From Plasmodiophora brassicae (lineage: Eukaryota): a stretch of 64,000 bases of DNA. Under the pieces are notes generated by a model. It was given only the letters and a program-made list of their open reading frames with translations. It ran no database searches and had not been told where the DNA came from. How positions within the stretch are numbered: the first letter of the stretch is position 1; each line of letters begins with the position of its first letter. Below are positions 46,496-64,000 of the stretch, piece by piece. Made by a program: the position numbers and the translations under genes. The stretch covers positions 558,001 to 622,000 of the forward strand of contig CP145426.1 in assembly GCA_036867785.1 (NCBI GenBank), given 5' to 3'.

Positions 46496-47600
46496 TTACA
46501 GTGCGACCGCGACGATGGCCACGCCGCGAATGCTGACCGGGGCGGGCACCCATCCGGGGCCGATGCGGGCCCGCGTCTTCGGGTACAGGTCCGCGTCGAT
46601 GTCGTGGCGCAACAGCTTGGCCGTCGTCGTGTAGAAATGCGCCATGGCCTGGAACATGGCCGGGTGCGTGCCCTGCAGGCCGTCGGCGTCCGCCAGGAAG
46701 CGCTCGGCGCGCTCCCAGACGAACGCCGACCAGGCCGACGTGCAGTCGTCCCACTGCACGATGCGCATGGCCTGGGCGGCGAGCGCGTCCTCGTACTGGC
46801 CACGCGTCAGCAGCGACCTGGCGGGGACGCCCACCGAATCCCGCAGCATGCCCTGGTCGTCATCGTTGTCGGCGCCGCCGTCGCAGGCGACGTAATCCTC
46901 GATGTAGATGCGCCCGCCGGGACGAAGCCCCTGGTGCACCTGCCGGAACAGCTGGGCCTTGTCGGCGATCTGGCCGACACGCGGGATCGGTCAGTCAAGT
47001 GTCGTGAGCGGGGGCGACGACCGAGACACCACGTACGTGCAGGAAGACGAGCTGGGCGACCATGATGTCGTACTCGCCGCGCAGCGCCATGCCGAGGATG
47101 TCGCCCTGCACGACGCGGATCGTCGCGCTGTCAATGCCGACCAGGTCGTTCAGGCGACGATGGCAGTCGCACAGGTCGTCGCGGATGTCGATGGCGTCGA
47201 CCGCGCCGGTCGACCCGAGGTGCCCGCTGATGGCGCGCGCCGGGCCGCCGATGCCCGCGCCGATATCCAGGACGCGCACGCGGGCGCTGGCCGCATCGCC
47301 GCCGAACGCCGCCTGGGCGTCGCGCAGGAACGCCAGCAGGCGGCGCGTGCCCTCGTAATGCAGCTGGTCGTACGGGGCCAGGTCGTCGGGCCGGATCGGT
47401 CGACGCGGCAGCGACACCACCCTGGACAGGACGAAGGCCAGGCGCTCCGGCCCATACAGCGACGCGCTGATCGGCACGTCGTCCGCCGCGCCCCCGCGCG
47501 CCGCATCGCCGACGACTGGACACAGGTTAACGCCCGCGCCCACGATCCAGATCAGGGTGCTGCCCACCACCACCATCGTCATCATCATCATCATCGTCAT
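46496..47600 (-). CDS. Class I SAM-dependent methyltransferase with N-terminal hydrophobic segment (2 exons, intron ~46970-47035)
   Basis: DQLHYEG, RVLDIGAGIGGPAR, VQGDIL, VFLH|..DKAQLF...LRPGGRIYIED. Confidence 0.85.
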
Positions 47601-48181
47601 GCGTCGTCGATGCCGACGGTCGCATGTGGCGATGGCCACCGCCCCCGCCTACGGCCTGGTCGCGACCGCGTACTGCTCGCCGCGTCATGCCGTCGTCGGC
47701 GTCGAGGCCCTGAAGAACGGGCGCGCGCCTTCGACAAGCCCAAAATCCGGGTCCGAAGAATCCGGGCCCGTCATTCGCGACCGACCGACGTTGGGCATCG
47801 GCTGCGTTCCGTTGATAAACCATCCTTCCGCTAGTCACCTATGTAGGGCCGGTGGTTACCCCCCCTGTGTCGTCGACGGAGCCGCTCATGGCCGCTGCTG
47901 AACGTTCACCCGAGGGCCGGCGCCTGTGGGAATCAGCATCGGGGTCAACAAGGGGGGCGGCGGCGGCGGCGGCGGCGGCGGGCTCCCCCCAAAAGGCGCG
48001 GTCGGGCGCACCAACCCGCGCGCCGTCATACGCCCGTCTTCCGGGGACGACCGCCGGTGCCATCGCTCTGCACGCGGAAGCGCCTCCATCGATCACGTGG
48101 ACCTTCGCCCGCGGTACAACGATGATATGGCATCGCACACAGCGGGGCGTCGGTTGACGACGACCCGTGCGCGTTCAGGTC

Positions 48182-48839
48182 ATGGACAGCGCGACATGGC
48201 TGTCGGACGTATGGCTCGTCAAGCTCAAGGGCGACCTTCGTCAGGCATGCGACCTGATCGACACGGCCGACGCCGGCACGCTGGACGAGGTCCACCGCCG
48301 GATCCTGCTGTGCCTGCTGGGTATACACCCTATGGTGTTGCGCCCCCATGTTGGATGACCTGACTCGCGTTGCTCAGAGGTCGACCAGGAGCCCATTGTC
48401 GACTGCCTGCTGGCCCTCAACGACCAGACACAGATGGCCCTGCAGCAGCTGGCTGCCGGGCAGCGACGCCCGGCCGATCGTCGCCACCTGCTCGACAAGG
48501 TGGACCGACTCCGCATCGGTACGGGCAGACGACGACAGCACCGCCGGCCGGTGGTGGTCGGGAACTAACGCACCGCGATCATGTGTTCGCCCAGATCCAC
48601 CGCCAATGTTGGCCTTGTCGCCGCCGCCCCCGCCCGCGCCGGTGCCAACGACGACGTCGGTCGCGGACGACCCGCTGGACGCCGACTTCCACGCCATTGC
48701 CAGCCGGGGCACGGCGTCGATGGCCGCCCAGCAGCAACGGCCGTCCAGCAACGACGTCGACGACGCGTTCGCTGCCATCGCCAGCGGCGACGACGTCCGC
48801 CTGCTGTTCGACAGCGACCCGGCCCCCAGGCCACGTTAA
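48182..48839 (+). CDS. Small spliced protein, possibly with a GAT-like helical domain
   Basis: Exon pieces MDSATWL..., EPIVDCLLALNDQTQMAL and two DxxFxAIAS repeats, joined by plausible GT-AG introns. The domain call is weak. Confidence 0.4.
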
Positions 48840-49308
48840 TAAGCGATGCGCATCGCTACGTCTGCTGCGTCATCGTGTACACAGTGTAAGCGCCGACGAG
48901 ATGTGGAGCGGCGCCCAGTATATCGTCCTGATCAGCTGGGCCCGCCAACGGGCCACCTCACTGAACAGCGGCGTACACGTGTCTGGCGTATCCCACTGGG
49001 GTGGGTGCCGGCGCCGGGGTTGTCGCTCACCGCTGGATCGATCGGCGAACGACACCGTTTCACGGATGGCGATCGGCGGTCTCGTGAACGCTCCGCAGGC
49101 GCGTTGAAGCCCCCCCCAATTAGGCGGCGCAACGTGGTTGTCGACGGGCCCCCAGCAAGCGCTGCGCTATGGAAGTAGTCCAGTGTACAAGGACCACTTG
49201 TTTGTGCCGCCAGCGGGACCTACAGCAGGGACCACCCAACAATATATATTACTGAACGTTGACGAGCGTCGAGGGGTTAGCCGCGCGCGCGCGCACACAC
49301 ACACACGA

Positions 49309-57799
<8,491 letters not shown>

Positions 57800-58771
57800 A
57801 ACAATGGCTGCCACCCGCTCTGTCTACTGCAGGCGCGAGCGAGGTCAGCGGCGACGTCGACCCATACAGTCGACGGCGGACGGAGGAGGGGGACGACGAC
57901 GATCCAAAATGGCGACGACCCCCACCCCCCCCCCCCCCCCCCGCTGCGGGTTGCTGTGGGGGGGGGGCGCTGTTCCGTCTCTGGTCGCTCTGTCTGTGTC
58001 TGTGTGCGGGCCCCGCCCGGACAATGTTGGCAACATGAAAGACAAACACGGAGAGGGGCGTTGCGGTCCCCTCGCCATTCGGTTCGAGGCCTCTGTCTGC
58101 TTGGCTACGCCGACACCCGATGTTCTGCCCATCAACAGAACAGCACAACTCAGTGCCGCTCTGCCCATTGATCAGGTCATCACTTTGACGTGTACAGCGC
58201 AGTAGACACATAGGTTGACTTAAAGCAACGACTATATGGTACCTTGGCGTGTCGTCATCGGCAAGCGCGTTCGACATGGGGATCCAGCCGTCCTCGGTAA
58301 CGCGGCCGCATGCGACGAAACACACTCAGGTCCGCATGATGCCGGGATTATACGGTGGCCCCTTTGACCACCGGGTCGACGCGTGCAACGCCAGTCTCGG
58401 GTCGACCCGCTGTCATATCTCGTTCCTGGCGCCCTTCAAGGACGCCACAGTTCGTCCCAATATCGTTCCCGTATAGGCAGGTATGGCCATTCCGGTCTAT
58501 CACCCATGGTTATGGAGCATACCAAGGCATATAGCTGTCGCTTCCCGAGCGACGTCGCACACGACTGAATTCGCGACAAGGTTCGCCCGACGCGGGTCGA
58601 CACGTTGACATACTATGCGCGCTGTATGTTGTCCCGACCGGTAGAGGACCTCGTGCGCCCGGCCGCCATTACTCGGGGCAGGCGTTCACCGGATGATCGA
58701 GGATGTGATATGACGGGGGCGGCCCGCGGGTGCGTCTTGCGCGTCTGCCCCGGCCCGACCGACCACCAACC

Positions 58772-59827
58772 CTACCAGGCGGCCGTATGCCGGTGATGCG
58801 CCAGCACCCGCTCGAAGGTGAGTGCCAACAGGTCAGCCGGCGTCGCCTGGTACGCGTCCCGCGCGTCGGCCTCGATGCCGGTGGCGTTCGTCAGCAGGCG
58901 CACGATGTGGCGATGCCCGCGCAGGGCCGCCTCGTGCAGGGGCGTCCTGCGCGCGTCGTCGCGGGCGCGCGCGTTCACGTCGACGCCCGGGACGCTGAGC
59001 AGCAGCGCGGTGATGCGGGCGTACCCGCGCCGCGCCGCATAGTGCAGGGGCGTCCGGTACGTGATCGGGTCGCGCGCGTTCACATCGATGCCGGCGACGT
59101 GCAGCAGCAGCTCGACGACGAGCTCGTCGCCGTCGGATACGGCCCAGTGCAGGGCGTTGCCCGTGGAGTCCCATGGCGTCCCGTTGATGACGCTCGGGTT
59201 GCCGCCGTAGACGACGAGGCGGGCGACCTGCCCGGCGACGCACCTGCCCGGGTCGGTGCGCGCGGCACGTCGCAGGCGGTGCACGCCGACGGAGTGGTCC
59301 AGGGCGAACCAGAAGGCATCGGCGGGCAGCAGGTCGCGCAGGGCGGCGACCTGCTGCCAGGTGCGCTTCGTGGACATGATGGTCGTGGTCAGCGGGCGCA
59401 TCTCGAGGTAGTGAGCGGCCGCCAGCAGCCGGCACTGCGCTTCGGTGCTCGGCCAGTGCCGGTCGAGACGAACCCGGACCCAGGCGGCAACGCGGTCGAC
59501 CTGTCGCACAGCGATCAGCGCGACACGCCGCTGCGGCAGGTCACGCCAGCATACCTCGTGGACGGCCGACATGCTGATGAACTGCGCGATGAACTCCAGC
59601 TCGGGGCGGGCGATCGCGGGCAGCGGCACCGGGACGTCGACGTCGACGCCCCGCTCGCCGAGGTCGTCGACCATGGCCTTCAGGACGCCAGACTGCACCG
59701 TTGCCGCCGACGTGTTCACGACGTGGTCGCCGGCGGCATCGCCGCCAGCATCGAACGTGAGCGCGCCGCCGATGCCCGCTATGCCGATCGCGATGATCAC
59801 CGTCCGGTAGCTGATGCGGGTTCGCAT
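58772..59827 (-). CDS. Signal peptide + SKP1/POZ-like domain + ankyrin repeats (candidate secreted effector)
   Basis: Hydrophobic N-terminus, SGVLKAMVDD...VPLPAI, LLAAAHYLEM, and ankyrin motifs NALHWA, TPLHYAA, TPLHEAA. The ORF probably reads through two short introns. Confidence 0.8.
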   Translation of the reverse strand: MRTRISYRTVIIAIGIAGIGGALTFDAGGDAAGDHVVNTSAATVQSGVLKAMVDDLGERGVDVDVPVPLPAIARPELEFIAQFISMSAVHEVCWRDLPQRRVALIAVRQVDRVAAWVRVRLDRHWPSTEAQCRLLAAAHYLEMRPLTTTIMSTKRTWQQVAALRDLLPADAFWFALDHSVGVHRLRRAARTDPGRCVAGQVARLVVYGGNPSVINGTPWDSTGNALHWAVSDGDELVVELLLHVAGIDVNARDPITYRTPLHYAARRGYARITALLLSVPGVDVNARARDDARRTPLHEAALRGHRHIVRLLTNATGIEADARDAYQATPADLLALTFERVLAHHRHTAAW

Positions 59828-60046
59828 CGGTCAACTCCGTGATGATGGGTCGAATCTGCGCCGGGCCGAGCGGGTCACCGGCAACTGCGGCGCAATACTG
59901 ACCGGTGGCTGTTGTCTTCCTGCCCAGCTGGGGGCCCGTTGACTACGTGGTACGCAACAGGTTTGTTGAAGAGTAACGACTACGTCGCGGGAGGGGCGTC
60001 ATCAATCCTAGACCAGTGCGCGCAGCAAGTTGTTTAACTGCCATCG

Positions 60047-61241
60047 TCATACTCTAGGGCGCCGGTGCCAGTACCGCTCCTTGAGGTGGTCGAACGATCG
60101 CTTCGCTGCACCGAGCGTCCTGGTAATGTGATCAGCCGCGCTGGTCCTCCTCCTGGGTTGGTCGTTGCGATCGCCTTGCGAAAGGCCCTCATGTCGCCGC
60201 GGCCTGAGAAGGTCGACAATGTCAGCGTAGCCGGCGTCGCTGGCTATGTCCAACGCCGTCTGCTGCATGTCGTCTTTGGCATCGAGGTCGACCCCGGGGG
60301 CGCCCAGCAGCAGCTCGACAATATCGCGACGACCGTAGTACGCGGCCAGGTGCAACGGCGACATCCCAGTACCCGAACGCGCGTTGACGTTGACCGCCGG
60401 CGCATCCATTAGCACCTCGAAAATGCGATAATGGCCCTGGACGGCTGCCCAGTGCAACGGCGTCATTTCGTCAGCGTCGTGGCTGTTGACGTCGACGCCC
60501 AGCGCCTTGACCAGCAGCTCGACAATCAACTCCTCACCGTTCGCCGCGGCCCACTGCAGCACGTTACGTCCAGTGCCCAAATCATCCCATATGGCCGTAT
60601 TGATGGGCAGAGTGCCGCCTCCTGCGAGCAGGCGCTCACGAATCTCCCGGACAATGGACTCGCGGATCGCCCCGGCTTCCTGACGAAGGCGGGTGACGGC
60701 AGACGATTTGTCAACGACGAGACGGAGAGCGTCTGACGGCAACATATCACGCAATTCAGCGATATCGTCCCAGGTGCGCCCCGTCAACGCCACAGCAATC
60801 ATTAGCGAGTCCATATCGAGGTAATCTGCGGCTCTCAGCAGACGGCGCCGCTCTTCAGCACTAATCGCGTTGAGACTGAGGCGGGCCCATTGGATGGCGC
60901 CATCGACCTATTGCGGGCGTTCATAAGATTTACCACCATCAACAATGCGAACCTACATCATTGCCTGCATTGCTGCGGATGAACTCGACGATTCGCTCCA
61001 GTTCGCTCTTGGCGATGACGGGCAGAACGAGGGCGTCATCGCGTTCGCCAAGGTCGCTAATCAAATCACTGAGAACCCTCGAGTGCGACATGGCGGTCGA
61101 CGTGTTAACGGAGTAATCACAGGCGTCAACATCGCCCGGCCGTAGCCGGATAGCGCCAGAACTGCTCGCGACAAAGCAGACGCAGGCCACCGCCATGATG
61201 ATGGGCTTCGACAAGCACGGAACAGGACCCTCGTCCTCCAT
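60047..61241 (-). CDS. Paralogous signal peptide + SKP1/POZ-like + ankyrin protein (intron ~60909-60954; start 61241 or 61196)
   Basis: SRVLSDLISD...LPVI, LLRAADYLDM, TPLHWAA, SPLHLAA, TALDIA. Confidence 0.8.
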
Positions 61242-61762
61242 TGTTCCGACCGGTCGCCGCTCGTGCTGCCTGCAACAGCGTACGGACGTGTGTCATCACT
61301 GGCCAACCGGTGGCGTTGCAGAGCACTGGCGGGACGCGGTTTACCTATAATTGTGCGTTGCGCAGTCACGCAGAACCTACACTCTAGATGTGCGCAAGTC
61401 GCGCTGTTCGCAGAATGATGGGAGGACACTGAACCCTGACTGCACATCGTTTCTGTTGTACTTAGCAGTTAACACTGGAGAACACAGGCGATGATGCTCT
61501 GAGCAGCGCATCATCGCTCTGGTGACCGTTCCCTGCTCAGGCTGTTCAGGGACGGCTCCAGCTGTTGAGCGTGGCTGGCGAGCGATCGTGCCGGCCCTGT
61601 GAATCGACGGACCTTGGCGGGGCGAGGTTGCTCGGGGTGAATGGTTCCTGCTAAATCGGGCAGCGGTCCAGTTCACCCGAACCCAGCAGGCGGGCCCTAT
61701 TCTCGGATGCACCCAGCATTGCAGCCAAATCGGTCCTCCTGACGCGTGCGGCCGCCAACTCG

Positions 61763-63081
61763 ATGTTCGGTCGTCGGACAGGTGTCGGCGTGTGGCCGCT
61801 AGCTCGGATGACGACAGTGGTCGTCACGCTGCTGTGCCTGGCGCTGACGTCGCATCACGTCGCGGAGAGCACAGGCGCGCTCGGCATGCCCAGCGATGTC
61901 GACGATTTGCCGCTGACCACGTCGTCTCGCTCGTCAAAGGAATTCACAGGCGCCCTCGACATGCCCGACGAGGTCAAGGATTTGCCGCTGACCATCCCCA
62001 TTCGCTCGTCCAAAGAGGTCGGGCACCCGTCGCTGTCTCCGTGCCCTGCGTCTGATCGCCCAGCCCACAGGCCGTCCTCGACGTTATCATCAAGGCCATT
62101 GAGGCACTGAGAAGCGTCGCTGGGCCGCTCACGAGCGTGTATGGCCTGAAGACGTCGGCGTATAATATGATCAGTGTGCTGGTGTCTAACGACACGCTCA
62201 ACTTCCTTGAGGACGTACGCCACCTCCTCGCTGGCATGCACGACGAAACCCTCAACGTGCTTACCAGCGTACGCGACCACGACCAGGCCGTCAACGACCT
62301 CAACCAGTACCGTCAGAAGGTGATCAAACTTCGTGCCACACTCGACGAGTGCCAGCGCCTCAATCAGGCCGCGCTCCTCGAGGCCGCCGACATCGCCGCG
62401 CGGGACGCCAAGCAGGCCAACGACACGATCCGCTCGCTGCGACGCTCCCTGGCGGCGCTCTCCGACAACAACGCCGCCCTGCGCCTGGCGCTCGACGCCG
62501 CTCGGCACGACAACGAGGAGCGCAATCGAACGGTCGCCGCCTATCGGAAGGCGGTATGGGCCAGCGGGATCATGGGCACCGCCGGCGCCATTGCATCTGC
62601 CGGCGTCGCCTGGCAGAGACTCCCGCCGGCCGCGGCGCCTGGCGTCAGCGCACCGTCCCCAATCGGGTCGTCGTTGAGGTCGGCAGCGCCGCTGGCGTTG
62701 GCGGCCGCCGCCCTGTCCAGCGTCGCCACACGGATGGCGACCCGCACGGAACGCCGCCGCCCAGCCGCCGAGCCAATGTCGTCGCCGACGGACGCCGGCG
62801 GCGACGCTGGCCGCGGCCGACGCTTCCTGAAGGTCGTCATCCACGTCCTGCTGGGCGTCGTCGCCGTCTGCGTCGTGGCCGGCGCCACCACGACCGTCGT
62901 CCTCGTCCGGCGCATCCGCCGCCTGCGCTACACGATCAAGAAGCTGCACAACCGGTTCGGCGTCGTCGAGTACGACACGTCCGGGCGGCGTCGGCGTCGC
63001 GGCCGCCCGCTCGCGTCCGACGCCGACATCTGGAAGCAGATCGACGCCGCGGACACGGCCCAGCCCGCGTTCCCGTTATAA
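61763..63081 (+). CDS. Hypothetical protein with signal peptide, 25-aa duplicated motif, coiled coil and C-terminal TM helix
   Basis: MTTVVVTLLCLALT, two TGAL.MP..V.DLPLT..RSSKE copies, probable intron 62018-62070, heptad-rich middle, and TM VVIHVLLGVVAVCVVAGATTTVVLV followed by RRIRR. Confidence 0.6.
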
Positions 63082-63358
63082 ACCGCCCCCCGGCGCGCGG
63101 CACGACGCTTTTCGGCAGTCGGCGAACCCCATCTGGAAGCAGGTCGACGCCCTAAAGTCCGCGGAAGAGACACGGCGCTGCCCCCCGTTCGGAAACGACG
63201 CTCGACGTTTTTGCAATGGTGGCGGCGGAAAAAACTGCGCATGAAGGGGGGCGTCGGCCCTGTCCCTGAGGGGGCGTCACCGGTCATCGTGTGACGGGCG
63301 AGCCATCGTCGGAGTCGTCGTCTGGCGGCGAACGGACGCGCCGCCGCCCCTGCCGGCA

Positions 63359-64000
63359 ATGTTCACCTGGCTGCAGGTGTGGCTGGCGTGCACGGTGGCG
63401 GCGAGCGCCGTGGTGTCCGGCGCGCTGCTGTACCAGCTGGCGCACCCGGACGTGCGCCTGCCCTGCAAGGTCACCGTGTTCTTCGCCTGGGCGCTCGCCT
63501 TCACCGTCATCTGGGTCACGCCGCTCGACCTGGACGCCGACCACGCCGCCAGCGCCCTGCTGTTCCCCGTCTGGAACGCCACGTACTGGTGCGTCTCCCT
63601 GCTGACCTGGCTGCTGATCCCGCTGCAGCAAGCCTGTAGGGTCGCCGCCGCCGCCGCCATGGCCACGTTGTTCGCCCCCCATCGCCCTAATTCGAACCCG
63701 CGTGTCGCAGATTACGACTCGGGCCATTTCACCGTCCGGGACAAGCTGAAGGATGCGTTCAGGGCCAACGTCCGCTTCTACGTCGTCGCCCTGGTCCTGA
63801 TCAGCGTCGTGGGCGTCACTGCGGCGGCGACCTCGGGCCTGCGCCCCGACGAGCTCGTCGGCCTGGGCATGGCGCTGGCCAACGTCTGGGGCATGCTCCT
63901 CATGGTCCTCCTGCTCGGGTACGGCCTGGTCGACATCCCTCGGAAGCTCTGGTAGGCGTCCCTGGTTGGCACGACCGACCCTGCCGGCTGACTGACGACG
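63359..64000 (+). CDS. LMBR1-domain membrane protein (LMBRD2-like), 5' part
   Basis: TPLDL, YW...LTWLLIP..Q, DSGHFT...KLK...N, ALANVWG, LLGYGLVDIPRKLW. Probable intron 63634-63710; runs off the window. Confidence 0.88.

Noticed and set aside
57919-57968. Poly-C / poly-G tracts upstream of the BEACH gene
   Set aside because: Homopolymers of uncertain length; any G-quadruplex or hairpin role cannot be supported from the sequence alone.

Overview
Eukaryotic genomic DNA in two sharply separated parts. Positions 1-42250 are almost entirely nested transposable elements: a defective Ty1/copia element, two related chromodomain-bearing Ty3/gypsy elements (one apparently intact), TRIM-type non-autonomous LTR elements and solo LTRs, a Tc1/IS630-type DD38E transposon, CACTA-like remnants, and a piggyBac-like element with an ATAT target duplication. 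That element hosts a self-nested mini-LTR element filled with 147-bp tandem repeats. A near-perfect inverted duplication of at least 6.8 kb (1-6841 vs 18151-24991) overlies the left half. Positions ~42880-64000 are compact, GC-rich and carry short introns. They encode MRE11, an aquaporin, a SAM methyltransferase, a possible GAT-domain protein, a large BEACH/WD40/FYVE protein, two signal-peptide SKP1-like/ankyrin proteins, a secreted coiled-coil membrane protein and an LMBR1-family protein. The gene style suggests a plasmodiophorid protist such as Plasmodiophora (inference only). The main signals are covarying Tf1-type self-priming plus a U3/R hairpin in the gypsy LTRs, a half-tRNA-Asn primer site in the copia/TRIM family, a conserved transmembrane-like helix in the gypsy PR-RT spacer, and the 147-bp satellite carried by a mobile mini-element. 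Protein calls come from motif recognition by eye; no database searches were run.
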